A DNA stretch of 64,000 bases from Acidobacteriota bacterium (GTDB lineage: Bacteria; Acidobacteriota; Aminicenantia; UBA2199). Position 1 is the stretch's first letter; every line of letters starts with the position of its first letter. The stretch lies in contig JBDLJQ010000001.1 of assembly GCA_039714255.1 (NCBI GenBank), positions 96,251-160,250 of the forward strand. The letters are read 5' to 3'. Under the pieces are notes generated by a model. It worked only from the letters and a program-made list of their open reading frames with translations. It was not told the DNA's origin and did no database searches. Both the position numbers and the translations under genes were made by a program. Below are positions 28,088 through 37,933 of the stretch, one piece after another.

Positions 28088-29916
28088 AAAATAATATCTC
28101 TTTAATGATGATCTTCTTTATCCTGGGTACCTCCCTGTTGGTACAGGGCAAAAGCCTTGCTGAGATAGAGGGAAAATATCTGTTTTACAGCTATGATTTT
28201 AATTATATTTTCGGCAGGGGGGAGATCATACTGAAACTGGGTAAAAAAATGATCAAAGGAGAAATGATTGAAATTGACATAAAAAGAAGGAGAGGAATAA
28301 TTTCCACAGACTGCAAAATCAGTGAAACAGGGGAGCCGGAGAAATTATCCGATATGGTTGAATTCAACCTGAAGGACCCTGCCATATCTCTTTTTTCATT
28401 TGGCAAAGAGGTAAAAACCTTTAAAATTCCGGAAAAGGGGAAAACCTCAGGCTTTATCAGGAAGGGGCAGAAAATGCTAAAAGATTCTCTTCTATACTTT
28501 GTGGGGCAAAAATTTATTATTAAAAAAAATTTTGATATCATTGGACAGAATGTGACCATATTTGTTGAGGGGACACCGTCATTATCATTAAAAAAATTCA
28601 GAATGAACAAAGGTTTAACCAATAGTAAAGATATTTTTAACCTTAACAACCTCTGGTATTACAATACAACCGGCCTCCGTGCCGACCTCTCTCTTCACTT
28701 TGATAAAAAGGGGGAAAAGAGATCCTTTGTCAACGATGAGAGCCTGAAACTGAATTATGATATTTTCGGAAAAAATCCGGAAAAACAAAAATTTTCCGGA
28801 GAGTTCAGGTCAAAAAGCAAAATAGATCTTTCCGAAAAAAGCAGTTTAAGATTTGAATTGTCCCACATAACCGAAAATATGACAGACATCAGGCTCGGCT
28901 ATTCTTTCAAACCGAAAAAAATAATGGATTCATCTTTTTCTCTATATTACAAAAATCCCGATTCCGAGAGGGAAGAATTATGGTTTATGTCAGATGTGGG
29001 GTTAAACTTTAATAAATTAGGAAACATAAGGATCAGATATAATATTGAGAAAGAGAGCAGGTATAATGCAAGTCTCAGTTATACCAACAGGATCGGGAAA
29101 TATCTTAATATCAACATGAATACAAACCTTACAAAGATCAATATTTCTGACTCAACTTTCAATAAACTATCAAATTCAAATTTTTCTCTCTCATATTCAA
29201 CAAAAATATTTAATCTTTCAACAGAATATTCACTAAACAGGGATCTTTTATATGAAAATTCAAGATCATCTCCAAGGGTCAACCTCAACTTCACACCTTT
29301 CCGGATCTATGGGGGGTTGCTGAATATAGGCTTCTCTTCTTCTTTTATGATCAATACAATAAATAAAGGGGAACTGACGGAAGAATCCTTCCGGTCAAAC
29401 ACTTCCCTGACTGTTAATAGCGAAAAACTCTTTTTATTCAATAATACCTCAATAGATTTTTCCATGCGATTTGAACAATTCATAGACAAAGATCCGTTGG
29501 AAAATTTTACTTCTTCAGGAATAATTCTCACAGGTGAACACAAATTTTCATCCCTGACATCCTTCAGGCTTGTCTATAATTATTATTCCAGGAGGTCCAC
29601 AAGAGGATGGCTGATAGCAGGAACTTCTACCGGAGATATAACTGCACTCTTCAAAACACGGCTTAAAAACGGCCTTGCAGATCTCTGGTGTTCTCTGTCA
29701 TACGATAGTGCAGGAGGAAATTATACTTCAGGATTTGTTAATATAAATATAAATCTTTTTAAGAACTGGAAATTTCATTCTCAGGTGAATCACAATTTTG
29801 AATTCGGTAATACAAGTTATAATTTATATCTGGACAGGAAAGCCGGGAGGATCCTTTTAAGGGCTTCATACAGGTCTTTATCAAAACAATTTCTCGTTGA
29901 GGTGATCCCTAACTGA
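28084..29916 (+). CDS. Predicted outer-membrane beta-barrel protein. Possibly an LptD-like homologue, by its position directly upstream of rsmA/ksgA.
   Basis: Signal peptide, 610 aa, alternating amphipathic beta-strand pattern rich in Tyr/Asn/Ser. Only the synteny with ksgA suggests LptD, by analogy with the E. coli lptD-surA-pdxA-ksgA operon. Confidence 0.35.
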   Translation: MKNNISLMMIFFILGTSLLVQGKSLAEIEGKYLFYSYDFNYIFGRGEIILKLGKKMIKGEMIEIDIKRRRGIISTDCKISETGEPEKLSDMVEFNLKDPAISLFSFGKEVKTFKIPEKGKTSGFIRKGQKMLKDSLLYFVGQKFIIKKNFDIIGQNVTIFVEGTPSLSLKKFRMNKGLTNSKDIFNLNNLWYYNTTGLRADLSLHFDKKGEKRSFVNDESLKLNYDIFGKNPEKQKFSGEFRSKSKIDLSEKSSLRFELSHITENMTDIRLGYSFKPKKIMDSSFSLYYKNPDSEREELWFMSDVGLNFNKLGNIRIRYNIEKESRYNASLSYTNRIGKYLNINMNTNLTKINISDSTFNKLSNSNFSLSYSTKIFNLSTEYSLNRDLLYENSRSSPRVNLNFTPFRIYGGLLNIGFSSSFMINTINKGELTEESFRSNTSLTVNSEKLFLFNNTSIDFSMRFEQFIDKDPLENFTSSGIILTGEHKFSSLTSFRLVYNYYSRRSTRGWLIAGTSTGDITALFKTRLKNGLADLWCSLSYDSAGGNYTSGFVNININLFKNWKFHSQVNHNFEFGNTSYNLYLDRKAGRILLRASYRSLSKQFLVEVIPN

Positions 29917-29917
29917 G

Positions 29918-30700
29918 ATGGGACGTCAGAAGCTGGGGCAGCATTTTCTCGTAAACAGACATATAGCTCAGAAAATTGTAAAACCCCTTTTTTCCCATAA
30001 TGGAAATATATTTGAGATCGGCCCGGGGAAAGGGATACTTACTGAATTGATCGTTGAATTAAAACCGGGAAAACATTTTATTGCAGTGGAAAAAGATCCT
30101 GCACTTTATGAAAACCTTAAAAGAACATTATCCAATAAAGTTGAATTTATTAATAGTGACATCCTCGATATCGATCCAGGCCAGCTCTTTAATAAAGGTC
30201 AGACATACCTGGTAAGTAATGTGCCATATAACATTTCAAAAGAACTGATCGATTGGATTTTGACCTTTAACAAATATTTCCCACAGGGTGTACTTATGGT
30301 ACAGAAAGAATTTTATTTAAAAATGATTTCAGAGCCGGCATCAAAAGAATATAACCCCCGGTCAATACTTTTTAACATGATCTACAATATAAAAAAGATA
30401 ATTGAGGTAAAACCGGGATCATTCTCACCTCCTCCAAAAGTTAATTCCACTGTTTTTATCTTTGAAGCAAAAAAGGATAAGATGATTACTGGAAAGATAA
30501 GTGAAGATTTTTATTCATTCCTGAAAATAATTTTTCATAACAGAAGAAAAACACTTTCCAACAATCTGGCCAGGTCATACTCTCCCGAAAAAATAAGATC
30601 TTTACTTCAATCACAAAACATCCCCTTAAACATCCGCGGAGAACAACTGGCAGGAGACATCCTGTACAACCTCTTTCTTCATCTTAATACCGATCAATAA
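29918..30700 (+). CDS. rsmA: 16S rRNA (adenine1518/1519-N6)-dimethyltransferase
   Basis: GQHFLVN, EIGPGKGILT and NVPYNIS are KsgA motifs. Confidence 0.9.
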   Translation: MGRQKLGQHFLVNRHIAQKIVKPLFSHNGNIFEIGPGKGILTELIVELKPGKHFIAVEKDPALYENLKRTLSNKVEFINSDILDIDPGQLFNKGQTYLVSNVPYNISKELIDWILTFNKYFPQGVLMVQKEFYLKMISEPASKEYNPRSILFNMIYNIKKIIEVKPGSFSPPPKVNSTVFIFEAKKDKMITGKISEDFYSFLKIIFHNRRKTLSNNLARSYSPEKIRSLLQSQNIPLNIRGEQLAGDILYNLFLHLNTDQ

Positions 30701-30751
30701 AAGATCTCTCTTATATTTCAAATAGATCAAAAATTCAAATTTTACGGAATT

Positions 30752-31783
30752 CTATAGAGTGGCCATTCCGGTATTAAAATAGTCTTTCAGGATGGTCCAG
30801 GTGGGCCCGTTAAATCCCTCGTAAATCCCGGCAAGGGAGAAAATGATCAAACCGGCAAAAAGCAGGATTACGGGAATAAACATTGTCATTAGGGCCGCCT
30901 TTTTCAATTCACCATAACGGGAAAATTTTCCGGCTGTGATCATGAAATAGAACAGTCCAAAAGAGAAGACAGCTCCGAACCAGGCAAAGAAGTTCAGGAG
31001 AGGTACTCCCAGTATTAAATCTGCACCTTCTCTGTATAAAACCGGGTTCCATTTCCATAACCCCATTTCTGTAGCAAATGGATCCAGTTGAAGATCGATC
31101 AACAGGGCGGAAAACGGCACAAGGAAAATAGAAAGAAGAAGAGATTTTCCCTTTTTCAGGCGGGGGAGTGCCTCCATGATCTTTTCACACATAAACACCG
31201 TTATATAAAATGTCGAACTCCATCCCAGCATGGTGACAAGAGGTGCATTAAAAAAGGGGAGATAGACTGAGTAGTGGTTTTCAAAGAAAAAACCCATGGT
31301 TACACCTCCGCTTTCCAGAAAAAATCCATAGATAAGCGCAGGTATAATAAACATGAAAAAGTCCCTCTTTCTTCTGTGGAGATAACAGTGAATTCCTATA
31401 AGAAATTCCACCAGTAAAACCGTTAACTCAAAATATAATTTATAGTTTTTCAGATGGATCTCCAATGTATCTCCCAGCCTGACGGGAAATGCAAGAAGAA
31501 AAATGAGGATCATATTAACCGATAGTCCTAATAGCAGATTTCGGGCAAAATCCTTTTTCCTTTTTTCTGCAATGGTACTATCGGTATAAATCCTGGACAG
31601 ATAAAAGGCAAAGAACAAAATTAAGGGGAAAATGAAAGTTGTTGCCCTGCCATACCGTTGTACAGGGGTTAATGAAATATAACTGAAGGTCAGGGATGTC
31701 ACCCCGATGTAAACATACCAGGCAGGAAGATTTTCCCATATCTCCATCCCGGCATTTCGTAACATCCCTTTTATTTCACTCAT
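30752..31783 (-). CDS. Polytopic integral membrane protein of unknown function
   Basis: 343 aa with about 9 hydrophobic helices and no recognised motif. Confidence 0.4.
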   Translation of the reverse strand: MSEIKGMLRNAGMEIWENLPAWYVYIGVTSLTFSYISLTPVQRYGRATTFIFPLILFFAFYLSRIYTDSTIAEKRKKDFARNLLLGLSVNMILIFLLAFPVRLGDTLEIHLKNYKLYFELTVLLVEFLIGIHCYLHRRKRDFFMFIIPALIYGFFLESGGVTMGFFFENHYSVYLPFFNAPLVTMLGWSSTFYITVFMCEKIMEALPRLKKGKSLLLSIFLVPFSALLIDLQLDPFATEMGLWKWNPVLYREGADLILGVPLLNFFAWFGAVFSFGLFYFMITAGKFSRYGELKKAALMTMFIPVILLFAGLIIFSLAGIYEGFNGPTWTILKDYFNTGMATL

Positions 31784-31877
31784 AATTAATGATTAATAAT
31801 ACAGATAGAAAATGATTTTTTCAATTCCCGCTGCACGCCTGTTTCAGGTAAGAGTCCCTCACTCTCACCGTCATCTG

Positions 31878-33530
31878 TTACGACAATCCTGTTATATTAT
31901 GACCCGATATATCAATATCGATCCCTTCGGCAGAAGGCACTTTTGGCAGCCCGGGCATAAGCATAATATCTCCGGAAACCGGGATAAGGTAACCTCCTCC
32001 GCTGGCAATATTTATTTTATTGATGTTCAGCCTCCATCCTGTGGGAACATTCAGTTTCTTACTGTTGTCTGAGAATGATAGAGGTGTCTTTGCGATACAG
32101 ACAGGGAAGTTCCCCATCCCTAGCCTCTTTATAACCTTCAGTCTCCTCTTGGCTTCCCAGGAGAATATAACACCATCAGCTCCGTATATCCTCTTTGCAA
32201 CTTTTTCTATCTTTATTTCGGGAGCATCATCGCTATTGTACACCCTGTGGAACTTACCATCAGACCTGTCAGCTGCAGTTGTCACCTTTTCTGCCAGTTT
32301 AATAGCTCCTTCTCCCCCCTTTGCAAAGCCTTCGCTCCTCTCAACTTCCACACCCAGTTCCCTGCAGTAAGACTCTATCACCTTAAGTTCCTCCTCTTTA
32401 TCGTCTGGAAAAACGTTAACAGCAACCACAGGTTCAAAACCGAGATCCTTGATATTACCTATATGTTTACCCAGGTTCCTTACTCCATCTTTCAACGACT
32501 CAATCTCCTCTCCTCCACCCTGGTGTCTCAAAGCTCTCACCGTTGCAACGACAACCACCGCATGGATCTTATACCCCGCACTGGCAGATACCAGGTCCAC
32601 ATACTTCTCAAATCCAAGATCAGAGCCGAATCCGCACTCCGTTACAACATAATCACTGAGTTTTAATGCAAGCTTTGTGGCAGTGACGCTATTGGTCCCG
32701 AAGGAGATATTGGCGAAGGGGCCGCCATGTATCAATGCAGGAGTGTTCTCTATTGTCTGTACCAGGTTTGGCTTAATGGCATCCCTCATCACCGCTGCCA
32801 TGGCACCGCAGACCTTGAAATCCCTGGCATATACCGGCTCCCTGTCCCTGGTGAATCCAACAAGGATATTGCCCAGCCTCTTCTTAAGTTCTTCTATATT
32901 CCTCGCCAGGGTGAGGATGGCCATGATCTCACTGGCAGCTGATATTATAAACCCGTCCTCTCTGGGGTAACCCTGACCCTTCCCTCCGAGGCCCACCACC
33001 ATATTCCTGAGGCTCCGGTCATTCATATCCATGGCTCTGGTCCATACTATTTTCCTCGTATCCAGCCCCTTTTTATTGGTGAAGTGGATATGGTTATCCA
33101 CCACAGCGGAGAGGAGATTGTGTGCCGTGGTGACAGCATGGATATCTCCAGTAAAGTGGAGATTAATATCCTCCATGGGGAGCACCTGGGAATATCCCCC
33201 TCCGGCTCCTCCACCCTTAACTCCGAATACCGGGCCCAGAGATGGTTCACGAAGAGCAACTATGGATTTTTTCCCCAGCCTGTTCATCCCCATGGACAGA
33301 GCTATGGATGTGGTGGTCTTACCCTCTCCATACCTGGTGGGCGTAATGGCAGTGACCACAATGAGCTTACCATCCTTTTTATCCTCCAGCCTCTTTACAG
33401 TCCTCAGGGATACTTTCCCCTTGTAGTGGCCGTAGGGCCAGAACTCAGTATCCTCTATCCCGAGACTCTCTCTGATTAACTCTATCTCTTTAAGTCTTGT
33501 TCCCCTTGCTATCTCTATATCAGATTTCAT
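31878..33530 (-). CDS. fhs: Formate--tetrahydrofolate ligase
   Basis: TPTRYGEGKTTTSIAL (the FTHFS P-loop) and a PLGFSDN-type C-terminal block. Confidence 0.9.
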   Translation of the reverse strand: MKSDIEIARGTRLKEIELIRESLGIEDTEFWPYGHYKGKVSLRTVKRLEDKKDGKLIVVTAITPTRYGEGKTTTSIALSMGMNRLGKKSIVALREPSLGPVFGVKGGGAGGGYSQVLPMEDINLHFTGDIHAVTTAHNLLSAVVDNHIHFTNKKGLDTRKIVWTRAMDMNDRSLRNMVVGLGGKGQGYPREDGFIISAASEIMAILTLARNIEELKKRLGNILVGFTRDREPVYARDFKVCGAMAAVMRDAIKPNLVQTIENTPALIHGGPFANISFGTNSVTATKLALKLSDYVVTECGFGSDLGFEKYVDLVSASAGYKIHAVVVVATVRALRHQGGGEEIESLKDGVRNLGKHIGNIKDLGFEPVVAVNVFPDDKEEELKVIESYCRELGVEVERSEGFAKGGEGAIKLAEKVTTAADRSDGKFHRVYNSDDAPEIKIEKVAKRIYGADGVIFSWEAKRRLKVIKRLGMGNFPVCIAKTPLSFSDNSKKLNVPTGWRLNINKINIASGGGYLIPVSGDIMLMPGLPKVPSAEGIDIDISGHNITGLS

Positions 33531-33659
33531 TTCTCCTCCGGAAAAATAGTATCAACGGGGTCTTCAATAGTCAAATCTTAACCATTCAAACACAGAATCC
33601 CCTTGACAAAATCGGGAAAATCTTATTAAATATACTATTCATTATTAGTAAATTATTGA

Positions 33660-35174
33660 TTGAAGGAGAATCAGATGTTGAAAAGAACAGCTATAGCAAT
33701 TTTTATTTTATTTATATTGGGCAGTTTTTTTATTGCCGCCGATGTGCATTCTGCTAATGAAACATCAGCAATAGAACACCACACCGAGGGCGAACATTCC
33801 GGAGGACATAATATCGGAGGAGAACTTCCGATCTGGTCAGCAATACCTTTTGTTGGTATATTGTTGTCAATAGCACTTTTTCCACTCATCGCTCCTAAAT
33901 TCTGGCACCATAATTTCGGTAAAATTTCTTTCTTCTGGGCTCTGGTCTTTTCACTTCCATTCCTCCTTTTTTATAAAACAACAGCAATTCATGAAATACT
34001 TCATATATATTTTATAGACTATATCCCCTTTATAATACTCCTCTGGGCACTCTATACAGTATCCGGAGGAATACTTCTTAAAGGGTCCATTAAAGGAAAT
34101 CCCATCACTAATCTTGTAATGCTTCTGATAGGAACTTTATTGTCATCATGGATAGGGACCACAGGTTCTGCAATGCTCCTTATCAGGCCGATAATCAGAT
34201 CAAATGCAGATCGTAAGAACAAAGTACATATTGTAATATTTTTTATCTTCCTTGTTGCCAATATAGGAGGATCACTCACCCCCCTGGGGGACCCGCCCCT
34301 TTTCCTCGGTTTTCTTCATGGTGTAAGTTTTTTCTGGACCTTAAAACTGATCCCCCACATGGCATTTGTATCTGTAATTCTTCTTGCAGTATTCTTCGCC
34401 CTCGACTCCTTTTACTATAAAAAAGAGGAAGAAGACAGGTTGGAAAAATATGTTGAAAAAAAGAGAGAACCTATCCGCCTTCTGGGTACCCACAACATGA
34501 TTTTTCTTCTGGGAATTATCAGTGGCGTCTTATTCTCCGGCAGTGTGAAACTGGGTGCCGTTAATATACTGGGTATTCATATGACCTGGGAGAATATCGC
34601 CAGGGACCTCTTTCTTGTACTTATGGGAATACTTTCATTAAAAACAACAAAGGACAGCCTGAGAAAGGATAACAACTTTACCTGGTTCCCGATCCAGGAA
34701 GTTGCAATTCTTTTTGCCGGGATTTTCATGACAATTATTCCTGCTCTGGCAATGTTAAAGGCCGGGGCACAGGGTCCTCTTGGTTTTATTGTGAATGCAG
34801 TTAAAGAACCATGGCACTATTTCTGGATAACCGGTGGACTTTCAAGTTTTCTCGACAATGCCCCTACATATCTGACATTCTTTAATACAGCATTAGGACA
34901 ATTCTTCCCGGGTATCCCCGAATCAAAAGCAGTTCTTTCACTTATGTATAAAACACAGCCCCAGAATTATCCCCTTTATCTGAAAGCGATCTCAGCCGGT
35001 GCTGTTTTTATGGGAGCCATGACATATATCGGTAATGCTCCGAACTTTATGGTCAAATCCATTGCTGAAGAAAATGGTATTCCGATGCCCAGTTTCTTCG
35101 GATATATGATCAAATATTCGCTTATTTTCCTGGTACCGGTATTTATTATAGTTACCCTGGTATTTTTTAAATAG
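33660..35174 (+). CDS. ArsB/NhaD-superfamily ion transporter (NhaD-like Na+/H+ antiporter)
   Basis: Signal peptide, a His-rich loop, and two-repeat permease topology with G-x-L-T-P-L-G-D-P-P motifs. A TTGACA-N17-TTAAAT promoter-like sequence lies at about 33604-33632. Confidence 0.55.
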   Translation: MKENQMLKRTAIAIFILFILGSFFIAADVHSANETSAIEHHTEGEHSGGHNIGGELPIWSAIPFVGILLSIALFPLIAPKFWHHNFGKISFFWALVFSLPFLLFYKTTAIHEILHIYFIDYIPFIILLWALYTVSGGILLKGSIKGNPITNLVMLLIGTLLSSWIGTTGSAMLLIRPIIRSNADRKNKVHIVIFFIFLVANIGGSLTPLGDPPLFLGFLHGVSFFWTLKLIPHMAFVSVILLAVFFALDSFYYKKEEEDRLEKYVEKKREPIRLLGTHNMIFLLGIISGVLFSGSVKLGAVNILGIHMTWENIARDLFLVLMGILSLKTTKDSLRKDNNFTWFPIQEVAILFAGIFMTIIPALAMLKAGAQGPLGFIVNAVKEPWHYFWITGGLSSFLDNAPTYLTFFNTALGQFFPGIPESKAVLSLMYKTQPQNYPLYLKAISAGAVFMGAMTYIGNAPNFMVKSIAEENGIPMPSFFGYMIKYSLIFLVPVFIIVTLVFFK

Positions 35175-35181
35175 AGCAGGT

Positions 35182-35439
35182 TTAGCTTTTTTTCAGATAA
35201 CTTAACTCTTTTTTAAGGGATTTTTCTTCTTCGGTATAATTATACAATAAAACAAGAAGGTCGGGCTTGACAAGATCATCTTCCGGAAGATGGTCTATAA
35301 GATCTTTTATACTTCGGATCTTTTTCCCGGCCTCTTTTAATTTTTTTTTACAATATTCTCCCATCACCTTATCAGCACTTTCCTGTATCTCACTTATTTC
35401 ATTATAAGAGATCAGGCCGGATTCATCGTCTTTTTCCAT
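35182..35439 (-). CDS. Small hypothetical protein (85 aa)
   Basis: ORF only; acidic and helical. Confidence 0.3.
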   Translation of the reverse strand: MEKDDESGLISYNEISEIQESADKVMGEYCKKKLKEAGKKIRSIKDLIDHLPEDDLVKPDLLVLLYNYTEEEKSLKKELSYLKKS

Positions 35440-35568
35440 CTCAAGTAAATAATAACCTTATACTTTAAATTTTTCAATTTTTTAATTAAAAAACAAAGCA
35501 CTTTTTCTGTTTCTGCTGACTTCTGACTTCTAATTAAAGTGCCTGTCCCCTTTTTCCCTTTTTTAAGA

Positions 35569-35666
35569 TAATGACAACATCAATTTTTTGAATGACAAGT
35601 TCATAAAATTTCTAATGACATACCCGGAGGGAATAAATGACAATCTTATTAATTCCATCTTTGACA
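35569..35666 (+). promoter_or_regulatory. Array of four (T/A)AATGACA repeats plus a TTGACA, upstream of the Yip1 gene
   Basis: TAATGACA at 35569, GAATGACA at 35590, TAATGACA at 35623, AAATGACA at 35636, and TTGACA at 35661-35666. The TTGACA is followed by a 17-nt spacer and TATAAG at 35684-35689, which looks like a sigma70-type promoter. Confidence 0.4.
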
Positions 35667-35713
35667 TTTTTTTTTTGATTTGTTATAAGAGAATGAAGAT
35701 AAAGGAGGAATTA

Positions 35714-36310
35714 ATGGATTTTAACAAAATATTTCAACGGGCACTCGCAATAATCACAAAACCGGTGGATGAGTGGAAAAAAATAAAGGGCGAATCAGCG
35801 ACAGTTGCAGACCTCTTCACAAATTATGCGATCATTCTTGCTGCAATTCCGGCAATTGCAGGTTTTCTTGGATATATGATGATCGGAAGATCATTTATGG
35901 GGATGACAATCAGACTCCCATTCGGAAATTCTATTGTATGGGCTATCATGATGTATATTTTTTCACTGATCGGTGTATTCGTACTCGCTTTTGTGATTGA
36001 TACATTAGCTCCCAACTTTGGATCAAAAAAAGATATGGTTGCTTCAACAAAAGTTGCCGTATATTCTACGACCCCGTCATGGGTAGGCGGTATATTTCAT
36101 ATAATCCCGGCACTGGCAATACTGGCCATGATAGCCGGATTCTATTCCCTCTACCTTCTCTTCCTGGGAATAAAAGATATAAAAGAACCTCAGGGTGATA
36201 AGGCCACACCTTATTTTATAGTTGTAATTGTCACATATATAATTGTCGCATTCCTTATCTCTTTTATTGTGGGATCAATCGCATTCGGAAGAGCCGGGGG
36301 ATTTATGTAA
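35714..36310 (+). CDS. Yip1-family membrane protein (DUF1282/YIP1)
   Basis: Start at 35714 with aaggagg upstream (MDFNKIFQRALAIITKPVDEWKK). Five TM helices in the typical Yip1 layout. Confidence 0.6.
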   Translation: MDFNKIFQRALAIITKPVDEWKKIKGESATVADLFTNYAIILAAIPAIAGFLGYMMIGRSFMGMTIRLPFGNSIVWAIMMYIFSLIGVFVLAFVIDTLAPNFGSKKDMVASTKVAVYSTTPSWVGGIFHIIPALAILAMIAGFYSLYLLFLGIKDIKEPQGDKATPYFIVVIVTYIIVAFLISFIVGSIAFGRAGGFM

Positions 36311-36358
36311 ACAGTTTTTTTTCTTTTAAAAAAGAATAATTCTATTCAAATAAATATA

Positions 36359-36390
36359 CAGCTCCCTTGATCAAAAGGGAGCTGTTTCTT
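36359..36390 (+). terminator. Rho-independent terminator after the Yip1 gene
   Basis: Perfect 10-bp stem cagctccctt / aagggagctg with loop gatcaa, followed by tttctt. Confidence 0.7.
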
Positions 36391-36514
36391 CCGGGTTTTC
36401 CCATGATCATTTTCCATAATTGAAATAGTGCGGAAACTTTTATATAATTATGTTCCTGTGAAACTTTATATAAAAATTAAGCGTCATAGTTAAAATAGAT
36501 ATTTGGAGGATAGT

Positions 36515-37933
36515 ATGAAAAAAACAGGATTTATAGCCGGAATCAGTTTTCTGGCCGGTGCAATTTTCTTTGCACTTGCATTCGGATATATTCAGAATTC
36601 TGACGGGACACCGGTAATAAAACAGGAAGAAGCTTTTGCCCAGTCAAAAACTGAAAATTCATTTAATTTTGTCTCACTTGTAAAAAAGGTAAAACCGGCA
36701 GTAGTAAAAGTGGAATCGGAAGCCATAAGGGAGAGAAGGTCAATGTTCAGAGATGACCTTTTCGACAGATTTTTTAACAATCCCAAGAGGAAAGAGAGAG
36801 TTTCCGGAATGGGTTCCGGATTTTTGATATCATCAGACGGTTTTATAATAACAAATAACCATGTAGTTAAAGATGCCATCAAAGTAACTATCTCCACAAT
36901 AGACGGCAAAAAACATATAGCTAAAATAATAGGGACTGACTCTAAGACCGACCTTGCCCTTTTAAAAATAAAAGGGAAGAACCACCCCTATGTTGAACTG
37001 GGAAATTCGGAAAAAGTTGAAGTTGGTGAGTGGGTGCTTGCAATCGGGAACCCTTTCTCCCAGGATCTGACCGTTACATCAGGGATCATCTCTGCAAAAG
37101 GGAGAAGGATCCGTGCTGCAGAATATGAAGATTATCTCCAGACCGATGCAGCTATAAACCGCGGTAATTCAGGCGGGCCCCTGATCAACCTTAAAGGAAA
37201 GGTTATCGGGATAAATTCAGTTATTATCGCTCCTGCAGGGGGAAGTGTGGGGATCGGTTTTGCAATCCCATCCGATATGGCTAAAAAAGTAATAGGAGAC
37301 ATTAAGACCAAAGGGAGGGTAATCAGAGGCTGGTTCGGAATAAGTATTCAGGAATTCAATAAAGAAGATGCCAAACAATTTGATTATCCTGTCAGCGGAC
37401 TTCTGATAACCCAGGTGGAGAATAACTCTCCGGCTGAAAAATCCGGATTAAAAAGGAACGATTTTATAATAAAATTGAACAATAAAAGGATCAGAAGCGG
37501 CCATGACCTTAAACTGAAGATTGCCAACGCAAATCCCGGAGAGATAATTCCGGTTACCATCTTCAGGGGAGATAAAAAGCTCAATATTAAAGTGAAGATA
37601 GGGGAAGCACCCGATACACTGAAATTCAGGACAAGAGGAGATGACGGCCGGACAGTTGACCTTGGAATGATACTTGTAGATAACAGCAGGTCGCTGGCAA
37701 GAGAATATGAGTTAAGGACATCTCAGGGAATAGTTGTTCAGAAAGCTGCCGGGATAGCCACTCGTAATGGTATAAAGGCTTTTGATGTTATTCTTGGAGT
37801 GAACAGAGCTGAAATAACTTCGGTTGAACAATTCAGGAAGATAATGGGTGAAAAAAAATCAGGATCATATGTTTTCCTCTATATCAACAGGTTCGGCCAG
37901 GAATTCTACAATAAGTTCAAATTACCTGAATGA
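36515..37933 (+). CDS. htrA: Periplasmic serine endoprotease, DegP/HtrA family, with two PDZ domains
   Basis: Catalytic triad context (TNNHVV, DLALLKI, GNSGGPL) and two PDZ-like regions. The start is the ATG at 36515 after ggagga. Confidence 0.88.
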   Translation: MKKTGFIAGISFLAGAIFFALAFGYIQNSDGTPVIKQEEAFAQSKTENSFNFVSLVKKVKPAVVKVESEAIRERRSMFRDDLFDRFFNNPKRKERVSGMGSGFLISSDGFIITNNHVVKDAIKVTISTIDGKKHIAKIIGTDSKTDLALLKIKGKNHPYVELGNSEKVEVGEWVLAIGNPFSQDLTVTSGIISAKGRRIRAAEYEDYLQTDAAINRGNSGGPLINLKGKVIGINSVIIAPAGGSVGIGFAIPSDMAKKVIGDIKTKGRVIRGWFGISIQEFNKEDAKQFDYPVSGLLITQVENNSPAEKSGLKRNDFIIKLNNKRIRSGHDLKLKIANANPGEIIPVTIFRGDKKLNIKVKIGEAPDTLKFRTRGDDGRTVDLGMILVDNSRSLAREYELRTSQGIVVQKAAGIATRNGIKAFDVILGVNRAEITSVEQFRKIMGEKKSGSYVFLYINRFGQEFYNKFKLPE

